From: Dehalococcoidia bacterium
GTDB taxonomy: Bacteria; Chloroflexota; Dehalococcoidia; UBA2979
Reading direction: 5' to 3'
DNA: 64,000 nt
Assembly (NCBI GenBank): GCA_023228825.1
Contig: JALOAL010000001.1
Coordinates: 188,816 to 252,815 of the forward strand
Both the position numbers and the translations under genes were made by a program. Positions 1-8,295 of this stretch are shown here, one piece after another (the stretch's first letter is position 1; each line of letters starts with the position of its first letter). A model generated the notes under the pieces. That model was not told where the DNA came from, did no database searches, and was given only the letters and a program-made list of their open reading frames with translations.

Positions 1-1
1 G

Positions 2-358
2 GTCAACGCCTCCGGCCGCATCGCGGCCCTCGAGGAGATCGCCGCCATCGCTGAGCAGGTGGTGGGCATGTCCCCGGGCGACGCGAGCGCGCTGCTCCAG
101 GAACAACTGGACCTGGACTCGGCGCCGGTGATCGACATCCGTCCCAACTTCATCCCGTGGCTCTGGCTGCCTCGCCGCGCCGACCACATCGAGATCGTGA
201 TCGCGGGCCCGGAGGTGGAGGAAGCACCGGCCGACGAGACGCCCGAGGGCGACGAGACACCGCCGGCGGAGAGCGAGCAGCCGGACGGCCTGAACGGCGA
301 CGGCGCGAGTGGTGAGGGTGGCGACGCCGTGGCCACGGACGGCGGCGACGAGGGCTGA
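2..358 (+). CDS. 3' end of an upstream gene. The C-terminal fragment has an acidic low-complexity tail (PEGDETPPAESEQPDG...). Function unknown.
   Basis: The open frame runs from the window edge to a TGA at 356-358 in the same frame as the tracked ORF 59..358. The stop overlaps the ruvX ATG (ATGA). Confidence 0.4.
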   Translation, partial: VNASGRIAALEEIAAIAEQVVGMSPGDASALLQEQLDLDSAPVIDIRPNFIPWLWLPRRADHIEIVIAGPEVEEAPADETPEGDETPPAESEQPDGLNGDGASGEGGDAVATDGGDEG

Positions 359-771
359 TGCGCTTCCTGGGGGTGGACGCGGGCGAGGCCCGCGTGGGAC
401 TGGCGGTCTCCGATCCGGAGGGGCGCTACGCGATCCCGCTGGAGGTGCTCCCGGCCAGCGCCGCCTTCCCGGCGATCCGCGCCGTCGTGGCCCGCGAGGG
501 CATCGCCGTCATCGTCGTCGGGCTGGCGCGGCTGCCTTCCGGGGACGAGGGGGACGCCGCCCGCATGGCCCGGCGCCTGGGCGAGCGGCTGCGCCGGACG
601 CTGGATGTGCCCGTAGAATACGAGGACGAAACGCTGACCTCGCAGGCGGCGGAGCAAGCCGTGGGGCGAGGCAGGGCCTCGGACGATGTAGCCGCATCGA
701 TCATCCTGCAGCAGTACCTGGACCGGCGCAGCACGCCGGCAGGAGGGCCGGCGCCGCATGACGATGCGTGA
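358..771 (+). CDS. ruvX: Holliday-junction resolvase-like protein RuvX/YqgF
   Basis: The N-terminus MRFLGVDAGEARVGLAVSD is the canonical YqgF motif. The protein is 137 aa. The conserved ruvX–mltG adjacency is present. Confidence 0.85.
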   Translation: MRFLGVDAGEARVGLAVSDPEGRYAIPLEVLPASAAFPAIRAVVAREGIAVIVVGLARLPSGDEGDAARMARRLGERLRRTLDVPVEYEDETLTSQAAEQAVGRGRASDDVAASIILQQYLDRRSTPAGGPAPHDDA

Positions 772-1867
772 TCCGCAGACCATCGCGGTGGTCATCCTCG
801 GCGTGTTCGTGGCGGCGGTGGGCGCGTTCGGGCTGGACCGCATCGCGGCCACGGAAGACGCCGTGGCCGCCGGCATCCAGGAGCGCAGCCCGGTGACCGC
901 TGGCCGCGTGTCCGTGGAAGGCACGGTGCGGGTCACCATCCAGCAGGGCGCGCTGCCGGACGAGATCGTGGACCGCCTCGCCGCTGCGGGAGTGGTGGAG
1001 GACGCGGAGAGCCTGCGCGCGCTGCTCTACTTCACCTCCACCGGCGGCCTCTTGCGCGCCGGCGAGTATGAGTTCCCGCTGAACACCCCGCCCGCCGAGG
1101 TCGTCCGGCGGCTACGCGTGGGGCCAGACCTCATCGAGCGCATCACCTTCCGCCCCGGCCTGCGCGTGCAGGAGATCGGCGAGACGCTGGAGCGCGAGGA
1201 CCTCTTCACGGCGGCCGAGTGGCAGCAGGCGGTCGCGGGGACCCCGCCGCGGCCGTTCATGGAGAGGGAGACGGACTTCCTGGGCTTCCTCATGCCCGGC
1301 ACGTACGAGATCAAGCCGGAGACCACCGCCGCCGACCTGCTGGCCGCCATGCTCGACCGCTTCGAGGAGGAGGTCACGCCGGGCCTCATCGCGGAGGCGG
1401 AGTCGCAGGGCTGGTCGCTGTACGAGGTGCTGACGCTGGCCTCCGTGGTGGTCAAGGAGGCGGTCCACGACGACGAGAAGCCGGAGGTGGGAGCCGTCTT
1501 CCGGAACCGGGTGGAGCAGGGTATGCCGCTGCAGGCGGACCCCACGGTCCAGTTCGCCCTGACGCTGGGCGAGGGCGGTCCCGCCAGCGTGGAGGAGTAC
1601 GGCTGGTGGAAGGCCGGCCTGACGCTGGATGACCTGGGGCTGGACTCGCCCTACAACACCTATTACTACCCGGGCCTCATGCCAGGCCCCATCGCCAACT
1701 CGGACATCGAGGCGATCCGCGCGGTGGTGCGGCCGGCGCCGGTGGACCACCTGTACTTCGTGGCCGGGCCAGAGTGTGACGGGCGCCACCTGTTTGCCAG
1801 CACGCTGGACGCGCACAACGCCAACGTGGAGATCTTCCGCGCCTCCTCCTGCGCCGCGGAGGAGTAG
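758..1867 (+). CDS. mltG: Endolytic murein transglycosylase MltG (YceG family)
   Basis: It has an N-terminal TM segment and the YceG-family C-terminal region (GLMPGPIANS...YFVA). It overlaps the ruvX stop. Confidence 0.8.
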   Translation: MTMRDPQTIAVVILGVFVAAVGAFGLDRIAATEDAVAAGIQERSPVTAGRVSVEGTVRVTIQQGALPDEIVDRLAAAGVVEDAESLRALLYFTSTGGLLRAGEYEFPLNTPPAEVVRRLRVGPDLIERITFRPGLRVQEIGETLEREDLFTAAEWQQAVAGTPPRPFMERETDFLGFLMPGTYEIKPETTAADLLAAMLDRFEEEVTPGLIAEAESQGWSLYEVLTLASVVVKEAVHDDEKPEVGAVFRNRVEQGMPLQADPTVQFALTLGEGGPASVEEYGWWKAGLTLDDLGLDSPYNTYYYPGLMPGPIANSDIEAIRAVVRPAPVDHLYFVAGPECDGRHLFASTLDAHNANVEIFRASSCAAEE

Positions 1868-1873
1868 CGCGCC

Positions 1874-2758
1874 ATGGCCCCCACCTCCTCACCGCAGACG
1901 CGGATCATCGCGCTCCTCGGCCACCCCGTGGAGCACTCGCTCTCGCCGCGCTTCCAGCAGGCGGCGCTGGACGGGCTCGGTATCCCCGCGCGCTACGAGG
2001 CGTGGAACACGCCGCCGGAGGACCTGCGCATCGCCGTGGAGCGCCTGCGCTCGGGCGACCTCATGGGCGCGAACGTGACGGTGCCGCACAAGGTGGCCGT
2101 CATGGCGCTGGTGGACCGTCCAGACGCGCTGGCCGAGCGGGTGGGCGCCGCCAACACCATCGTGAACCGGGGCGGCGTGCTGGAGGCGACAAACACGGAC
2201 GTGGCCGGCATCCTCCGCACGTTCGAGGGCGCCCGCGTGCCACTGGCGGGCCAGCGAGTCGTCCTGATCGGCGCGGGCGGCGCGGCTCGGGCCGTCGTGG
2301 TGGCGATGCGCATGGCCCAGGCGGCGCGCGTGACCGTGCTCAACCGCTCGCTGGAGCGCGCCGCGCAACTCGCGCCGCTGGCAGGGGACGAACTGGACCT
2401 GCGTTTCGCGCCCCTGGACGTCCAGGACGAGACCATGCGGAGGGCGCTGCGCACGGCGGCGGTGGTGGTGCAGTCCACCTCCGTCGGGATGCGTGGGGGG
2501 CCTGCGGAGGGCGAATCCCCCGTCCCCGCCGGCCTGGTGGGCGAGGGGCAGGTGGCGTTCGACCTGGTCTACACGCCGGAGGAGACGCCGTTCCTGCGCC
2601 AGGCCTCGGCCGGCGGGGCGGTGGCGATCGGCGGGCTGGACATGCTCATCCACCAGGGCGCGGAGTCCTTCCGCCTGTGGACCGGGGTGGAACCGCCGCT
2701 GGAGGTGATGTTCCAGGCCGCGCGCGCCGCACTGGACGAGCGCGAGCGCTCGACGTGA
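1874..2758 (+). CDS. aroE: Shikimate dehydrogenase
   Basis: Motifs SLSP, NVTVPHK and GAGGAARAV (NADP-binding) are present. Length is 294 aa. Confidence 0.85.
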   Translation: MAPTSSPQTRIIALLGHPVEHSLSPRFQQAALDGLGIPARYEAWNTPPEDLRIAVERLRSGDLMGANVTVPHKVAVMALVDRPDALAERVGAANTIVNRGGVLEATNTDVAGILRTFEGARVPLAGQRVVLIGAGGAARAVVVAMRMAQAARVTVLNRSLERAAQLAPLAGDELDLRFAPLDVQDETMRRALRTAAVVVQSTSVGMRGGPAEGESPVPAGLVGEGQVAFDLVYTPEETPFLRQASAGGAVAIGGLDMLIHQGAESFRLWTGVEPPLEVMFQAARAALDERERST

Positions 2759-2816
2759 ACCCGCCCGGCAAGGGACACTGACCCCAGCGACAGTCTCGAG
2801 GCGCCGCGCCGCACCT

Positions 2817-3566
2817 GTGCCGCGGCGCGATCGGGGACTGGAGGTTCGTGTGGGTCTCGGCCTGGCCATTGCGATCTGTGTCGCGATCTTCGTGATCGTC
2901 GGCTTCATGGTGTTTCAGGCGCGCTTCGCGGCCCGCCAGTGGCGCCGTGTGATCGCGGAGGGTGACTCCGGCGCGCTCTCCCAGTTGCTGGACGACACCT
3001 TCGAGGCGTGGCGGCGGGAGCGGCCGAAGCGCGGCACGCCGCCCGCGGACTGGCGCGCGCTGCACAGCGCTGCGCTGGTGGCCGCGGACCATGAGCGCAT
3101 CCGCGTCTCGATCCTTGCGGAGCCGGACGTGCAGGTGGTGGAAGGCCGCCGGGAGGAGGTCTCCTCCGCCGCGGTGGTGGCGGAACGTGCCGCCGTGCGC
3201 ATGGTGGAGCGCCTGATGTACGAGGTGCCCTACGTCTCCTTCCAGCACGCCCAGGTGGATGTGCTGACCGAGTTCCGTCAGCCGCATGGCGCGGCCGAGA
3301 CGCGCTGCCTCCTGACCACGCGCGTGACCCGGGAGCAGGCGGCCTACGCCGGCTGGAACGAGGATCCGGAGCGCGAGATCCTGGACGAGTGGGACACCCG
3401 GCAGGCCTCCGGCCAGGCGTGGGCTGACCCAGACCAGGACGCCATCATCCAGCCCGGGGCGCCGGAGGCGGTGCAGGCGGCCGAGGACGCGTTGCGTGCG
3501 CCTCGCCTCGATCCGAGCGCCGACGCAGGTGACGACGATATGCACGAGAGAGACGGGGACGCATGA
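2817..3566 (+). CDS. Hypothetical membrane-anchored protein inserted in the aro operon
   Basis: It has a GTG start, a single N-terminal TM helix (LGLAIAICVAIFVIVGFMVF) and an acidic C-terminus. Its stop overlaps the aroC start. I recognise no family. Confidence 0.45.
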   Translation: MPRRDRGLEVRVGLGLAIAICVAIFVIVGFMVFQARFAARQWRRVIAEGDSGALSQLLDDTFEAWRRERPKRGTPPADWRALHSAALVAADHERIRVSILAEPDVQVVEGRREEVSSAAVVAERAAVRMVERLMYEVPYVSFQHAQVDVLTEFRQPHGAAETRCLLTTRVTREQAAYAGWNEDPEREILDEWDTRQASGQAWADPDQDAIIQPGAPEAVQAAEDALRAPRLDPSADAGDDDMHERDGDA

Positions 3567-4774
3567 CGGGGTTCCGCTGGCTGACCGCTGGTGAGTCGCA
3601 TGGCAAGGGGCTGGTGGCCGTGGTGGAGGGGATGCCCGCCGGGGTACCCCTCTCGGCAGATGAGATCGCGGCGGATCTGGCCCGGCGGCAGCAGGGGTAC
3701 GGTCGCGGCAAGCGCCAGCAGATCGAGCAGGACCGCGCGGAGATCATGTCCGGGGTGCGTCACGGACTGACGATCGGCTCGCCGATCGCACTGACGCTGA
3801 TCAACCGCGACTTTGAAAACCAGGGGTGGAACGTCCGTATGGCCACGGAGCCCGTGGACCAGGACGTGGAGCGCGTCACGCTGCTCCGGCCCGGCCACGC
3901 GGACCTGGCGGGCACCCAGAAGTACGGTTTCGACGACGTGCGCCCCATCCTGGAGCGCTCCAGCGCCCGCGAGACCGCCGCGCGCGTGGCGGTGGGCGCC
4001 GTGGCTCGCGCGCTCATCCGCGCCGTCGCTGGCATCGAGGTGCATTCGCACACGCTGCAGATCGGCTCGGTGCGCGCGGACGTGCCGGGGCGCATCGACT
4101 GGGCGGCCGTGGACGCCTCGCCCGTCCGCGTCGCCGACCGCGCCGCCGAGCAGCCAATGATCGACGAGGTGGACCGCATCAAGGAGGCGCTGGACACCAT
4201 CGGCGGGGTGTTCGAGGTGCGCGCGACGAACGTGCCGTTCGGCCTCGGCAGCCACGTCCACTGGGACCGCAAACTGGACGGGCAACTGGCGCAGGCGATC
4301 GTGTCGATCAACGCCGTGAAGGGCGTGGAGATCGGAGACGGCATCAGCAACGTGGAACTGCCGGGTTCCGAAGTGCAGGACGTGATTCTCCCCGCCGACG
4401 CCTGGGAGCGGAAGAAGTGGGAGCGCGCCAGCAACCGCGCGGGCGGCCTGGAAGCCGGCATGACGAACGGCCAGGACATCGTGGTGCGGGGGTTCATCAA
4501 GCCCATCGCCACGGTGCCGCGCCGCCTGCCGACGGCGGACCTCCTCACCGGCGAGGAGGCCACGGCGTTCTACGAGCGCTCGGACGTGGCCGTGGTCCCC
4601 GCTGCCGGCGTCATCGGCGAGGCGATGGTGGCCATCGTGCTCGCAGGCGCCCTGATCGAAAAGTTCGGCGGCGACCACCTGGCAGAGATGCGCCGCAACT
4701 TCGAGGCGTTCGAGGCGACGGTGGGCCCGCGCGAGGCGACCCCGCCGGAGCCCGCACCGGAAGCGAGGGCCTGA
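3563..4774 (+). CDS. aroC: Chorismate synthase
   Basis: The N-terminus MTGFRWLTAGESHGKGLVAVVEGMPAG is the typical AroC start. The protein is 403 aa. Confidence 0.9.
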   Translation: MTGFRWLTAGESHGKGLVAVVEGMPAGVPLSADEIAADLARRQQGYGRGKRQQIEQDRAEIMSGVRHGLTIGSPIALTLINRDFENQGWNVRMATEPVDQDVERVTLLRPGHADLAGTQKYGFDDVRPILERSSARETAARVAVGAVARALIRAVAGIEVHSHTLQIGSVRADVPGRIDWAAVDASPVRVADRAAEQPMIDEVDRIKEALDTIGGVFEVRATNVPFGLGSHVHWDRKLDGQLAQAIVSINAVKGVEIGDGISNVELPGSEVQDVILPADAWERKKWERASNRAGGLEAGMTNGQDIVVRGFIKPIATVPRRLPTADLLTGEEATAFYERSDVAVVPAAGVIGEAMVAIVLAGALIEKFGGDHLAEMRRNFEAFEATVGPREATPPEPAPEARA

Positions 4775-6456
4775 TGGCGGCTGCACCACGCCAGATCGTG
4801 CTCGTCGGCCTGTCCGGCGCGGGGAAGTCCCGCGTGGGGCGCATGCTGGCGGAACGCCTGGGATGGCCATTTGTAGACACGGACGACCTGATCACGGAGC
4901 GCGAGGGGCGCTCGCCGGCCGAACTGATCCCGGAGCAGGGTGAAGCGGCGTTCCGGGCGGTGGAGGCGAAGGTCGTCGCCGAGGCCTCGCAGCGTGAGCC
5001 GGCGGTGATCGCCACGGGCGGGGGCGCCTTCCAGCGCGCGGACAACCGCCGCGCCCTGGCGGCACGCGGGTACGTGTGTTTCCTGGACGCCACTCCCGGC
5101 GAACTCGCCCGCCGCCTGCGCGAGGATCCAGAGGCCGAGGCGCGCCCCCTGCTGGGCGAAGACCTGGAGGGCCGCCTGGAGGAACTGGGCGCGGAACGTC
5201 GCGCCGCCTACCTGCTGGCGGACCAGTGGGTGCCCGTGCAACTGCCGGACCCGGAGGCCGCCGTCTCGCGCATCTTGCGCGGGTGGGCCTCGGACGGCGC
5301 GGGGGTGCTGGGCAACGAGCGCCGGCTGGAGCGTTTCGCGGCGGAGACGCCACCACGAGGGCCAGCGGCACTGGTGGACACTGGTGACTCGAAGTACCCG
5401 ATCTGGGCCGCCCCCGGCGAACTGGCGCGCCTGGGCGAACGTCTGCGCCAGGTGGGCCTGGAGGGCCGCCGAGTCTTCCTGATCTCGGACGAGAACGTGA
5501 TCCAGGCCCACGGCCAGGTGGTGGCGCGCGCGCTGGACGCCGCCGGCATCCCGGGCGCCTCCTACGTCATCCCCCCGGGTGAGGCCTCCAAGTCCCTCCG
5601 CCTCGCGAACGAGATCTACGCGTGGCTGGCCGCGGAGAAGGCGGAGCGCCGTGACGTGGTGGTCGCGCTCGGTGGCGGGGTGGTGGGCGACCTCGCGGGG
5701 CACGTGGCCGCCACGTACCTCCGAGGCATGCCCTTCGTGCAATTGCCCACCTCCACGCTGGCCATGAACGACGCCGCGATCGGCGGCAAGGTGGCGCTGG
5801 ATCTGCCCGCCGGCAAGAACCTGGTGGGCGCCTTCCACCAGCCCACCGCCGTGATCGCGGACATCGACACCCTGCGCACGCTGCCGAAGCGCTCGTTTAT
5901 CGAGGGCTTCGCGGAGATCATCAAGCACGGCCTGATCCTGGACCGCACGCTGCTGCGCATCCTGGAGGAGCACGCCGCCGCCCTCTCCTCCGGCGCGCCG
6001 GACTGGGACCTGGTGGCGCAGGTCACCACCCGCTCCGCGCGCGTGAAGGCCCTCGTGGTGTCGAGCGACCCGGAGGAGCGAGGGCTGCGCGCCATCCTGA
6101 ACTACGGCCACACCATCGGCCACGCCATCGAGCAGGCCACCGGCTACCGGGAGTACCTGCACGGCGAGGCGGTGGCCGTGGGCATGATGGGCGCCGCCAG
6201 GCTGTCGGTGGAACTCGGCCTGATCGACCAGGAGACGGCCGACCGGCAGGGCGACCTGATCCGCGCCTTCGGCCTGCCGCTGGTGGCGCCGGGCGTGAAC
6301 GGCACCGTGGTGCTGGACGCCATGCAGCGCGACAAGAAGGTGGAACAGGGCCGCCAGCGCTATGTGCTGCTGGAGTCCGTGGGCCGCGCCACCGTCCGCA
6401 ACGACGTGCCCGCCGACCTGGTGCAGCGCACCGTCGCCGCGCTCGTGCGGGGGTAG
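4774..6456 (+). CDS. aroKB: Bifunctional shikimate kinase / 3-dehydroquinate synthase (AroK–AroB fusion)
   Basis: The ATG at 4774 overlaps the aroC stop (TGATG). The N-terminal about 170 aa carry the shikimate-kinase P-loop (LVGLSGAGKS). The C-terminal about 390 aa carry dehydroquinate-synthase motifs (GGGVVGDLAG, NYGHTIGHAIE). The tracked ORF 3826..6456 is the same frame extended upstream. Confidence 0.85.
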   Translation: MAAAPRQIVLVGLSGAGKSRVGRMLAERLGWPFVDTDDLITEREGRSPAELIPEQGEAAFRAVEAKVVAEASQREPAVIATGGGAFQRADNRRALAARGYVCFLDATPGELARRLREDPEAEARPLLGEDLEGRLEELGAERRAAYLLADQWVPVQLPDPEAAVSRILRGWASDGAGVLGNERRLERFAAETPPRGPAALVDTGDSKYPIWAAPGELARLGERLRQVGLEGRRVFLISDENVIQAHGQVVARALDAAGIPGASYVIPPGEASKSLRLANEIYAWLAAEKAERRDVVVALGGGVVGDLAGHVAATYLRGMPFVQLPTSTLAMNDAAIGGKVALDLPAGKNLVGAFHQPTAVIADIDTLRTLPKRSFIEGFAEIIKHGLILDRTLLRILEEHAAALSSGAPDWDLVAQVTTRSARVKALVVSSDPEERGLRAILNYGHTIGHAIEQATGYREYLHGEAVAVGMMGAARLSVELGLIDQETADRQGDLIRAFGLPLVAPGVNGTVVLDAMQRDKKVEQGRQRYVLLESVGRATVRNDVPADLVQRTVAALVRG

Positions 6457-6560
6457 GCCCATGCCCCCGGCGTCCAGGCCGCCCGCGCCCGCGTCCCCCG
6501 TCATCGCGCTCATGGGCCGAAGGTGCGCCGAAGAGGCTGCGTCGATGAAGGAGCACCGTG

Positions 6561-6602
6561 GATGGTGAACCGGAGATGGTGAACCGACGATGGTGAACCG
6601 AG
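6561..6602. repeat. 14-bp tandem repeat (GATGGTGAACCGnn) in three copies, overlapping the acyP start
   Basis: The sequence reads gatggtgaaccgga gatggtgaaccgac gatggtgaaccgag. Each copy carries an ATG. Because 14 is not a multiple of 3, the three ATGs fall in three different frames. Confidence 0.8.
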
Positions 6603-6880
6603 GCCGCCAGCGCCAGATCGTCGCCCTGGCGAAGGGCCGAGTGCAGGGTGTGGGCTACCGTGCCTTCTGCGCGCAGGAGGCGAGCCTGCTGGGCGTGGCG
6701 GGCTACGCGCGGAACCTCCCGGATGGCCGCGTGGAGGTGCTGGGCGAGGCGGACGAGGGCACGCTGCGGCAGTTCGTCGAACGTCTGCGCGAAGGCCCGC
6801 CCATGTCTCGCGTGGAGGGCGTCACCTTCCGCTGGGAGGATCACACCGGCGACTACGTGGGCTTCGAGGCCATCATCTGA
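6590..6880 (+). CDS. acyP: Acylphosphatase
   Basis: The protein is 96 aa and carries the acylphosphatase signature VQGVGYR together with GYARNLPDGRVEV. Confidence 0.8.
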   Translation: MVNRGRQRQIVALAKGRVQGVGYRAFCAQEASLLGVAGYARNLPDGRVEVLGEADEGTLRQFVERLREGPPMSRVEGVTFRWEDHTGDYVGFEAII

Positions 6881-6914
6881 CCGCGACTCCTACGCGGGCA
6901 TCTCACGCCGCGAT

Positions 6915-7460
6915 CTAGCCCCGGCGCCGGAAGCGGCGCATCACCCGTCCGAAGCCAAACCCACGCTCGATGCGCCGCTCCACGCCCGGTGAGGCAGGAG
7001 CCTCGGCTGTCTCGGGGGCAGTGGAGTCGCCGAGCACCTCGCGTTGCACGCGGTCGGCCAGGGGGAGGGCCTGCCCGGGCCCGCCCTCGGCGAAGGCCGT
7101 CGAGAGGTCTTCCGTGGCAACCACGGCAAAGAGGTCTTCCCCGTCCACGCCGTAGGGCTCCGCGCCAGCCGGTCGCACCTCGATCGCGCGGATGCCGGGC
7201 GCGTCGTCGTACCCCTCGGCGAAGACGAGTTGCACGCTGGGATCCACCCACGACACGACGGTGCCGAGGTAGGACGCGGGCACGGCCCGGTCCAGCGTGG
7301 AGCGGCTGCCGGTGCTGAGCGTGATCACCGTGGTGGCCTCACCGCGCTGGACGGCCGAGGCGGTGCGATAGCCCCGCGAGCGCAGCGACTCCGTGAGCGA
7401 CGTGATCAGCAGCGACTTGCCCGCCCCGGCGGGACCCACGACTCGCAACAGTTCCGGCAC
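6915..7460 (-). CDS. mobB: Molybdopterin-guanine dinucleotide biosynthesis adaptor MobB (P-loop GTPase)
   Basis: It has a GTG start with a GGGAGGTG Shine-Dalgarno, a Walker A motif (VVGPAGAGKS) and MobB-like length. The long tracked ORF 6915..8003 overextends upstream in the same frame. Confidence 0.6.
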   Translation of the reverse strand: MPELLRVVGPAGAGKSLLITSLTESLRSRGYRTASAVQRGEATTVITLSTGSRSTLDRAVPASYLGTVVSWVDPSVQLVFAEGYDDAPGIRAIEVRPAGAEPYGVDGEDLFAVVATEDLSTAFAEGGPGQALPLADRVQREVLGDSTAPETAEAPASPGVERRIERGFGFGRVMRRFRRRG

Positions 7461-7602
7461 AAGACACCTCCCGGTCGCCCTCGATCGTAGGGGGTAGGAT
7501 GCGCGCCACCGCCGTCTGCGTAATCTCGACCGCCCATCGAGGTGCATCGAGGCGTATCGCGGCGCGACGACTTCAGCGCGATAGACCGACCGGGAGGAAA
7601 CG

Positions 7603-8172
7603 ATGAGCCGGCTCGCCCCACTGAACCTCGACGAGCAGCCACAGGAGGTACGCGACGAATATGACCATCTCGCACGCGCTCGCCCGCCGCGGCCGGACGG
7701 GACCTTCGGTGGCCCGTTCGACACGTGGTTGCGTTCGCCCGAGATGTCCCGTGCGCTCAGGCGCTTCGGCGGCCTGGTCTGGGAGCGGACCTCGCTGGAC
7801 CGGGGCATCGTGGAACTGGCGATCTGCGTGGCGGGTCGGTATTGGCAGGCGAACGTGGAGTGGCGCGCGCACGAGCCTCGCGCCGTGGAGTACGGCATCC
7901 CCCAGTCCGTGATGGACGACGTACTCGCTGGCCGTGCGCCCACAACCGACCGCGAGGACATCCTCGCCACGGTCGAGATCTCCGAGGCGTTGCTGGAGGG
8001 CAAGTCGCTCTCGCAGGCCCTCTACGACCGTGGGCTGGCCGTCTTCGGCGAGCGGGGCATGGTGGAACTGGCGGCGACGGTGGGCTTCTACACCCAGGTC
8101 GCGTTCACCCTCCGCATGTTCGAGGTGGAACCGGACGGCGAGCGCATCTTCCCCCGCCCTCCGGAGGCGTAG
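7603..8172 (+). CDS. Carboxymuconolactone decarboxylase (AhpD-like/CMD) family protein
   Basis: It carries the CMD-family signature (...CVAGRYWQANVEW...). The Shine-Dalgarno is GGGAGGAAACG followed by ATG. Confidence 0.6.
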   Translation: MSRLAPLNLDEQPQEVRDEYDHLARARPPRPDGTFGGPFDTWLRSPEMSRALRRFGGLVWERTSLDRGIVELAICVAGRYWQANVEWRAHEPRAVEYGIPQSVMDDVLAGRAPTTDREDILATVEISEALLEGKSLSQALYDRGLAVFGERGMVELAATVGFYTQVAFTLRMFEVEPDGERIFPRPPEA

Positions 8173-8225
8173 ACGCGCGGTAGCCCTCGGACGTCCGAGG
8201 GGCGCCGAAGTTCCCGGGGCCATGA

Positions 8226-8245
8226 GGGCGCAGCACGCTGCGCCC
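8226..8245. repeat. REP-like palindromic hairpin GGGCGCAGCACGCTGCGCCC (copy 1)
   Basis: This perfect 8-bp stem with a 4-nt loop lies between convergent genes. An identical 20-mer recurs at 37807-37826. Confidence 0.8.
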
Positions 8246-8254
8246 TGCCGGGGA

Positions 8255-8287
8255 GCGGAGGGAGAAGCGGAGGGAGAAGCGGAGGGT
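8255..8287. repeat. 12-bp tandem repeat gcggagggagaa, about 2.7 copies
   Basis: The repeat is read directly from the intergenic region between the CMD gene and moeA. Confidence 0.7.
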
Positions 8288-8295
8288 CGCGGGCG

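Noticed and set aside
3344-6513. Minus-strand ORFs 3344..4870 and 4570..6513, and the upstream extension 3826..4773 of the aroKB ORF
   Set aside because: They are antisense to, or upstream extensions of, aroC and aroKB. The real aroKB start is the ATG at 4774 overlapping the aroC stop.
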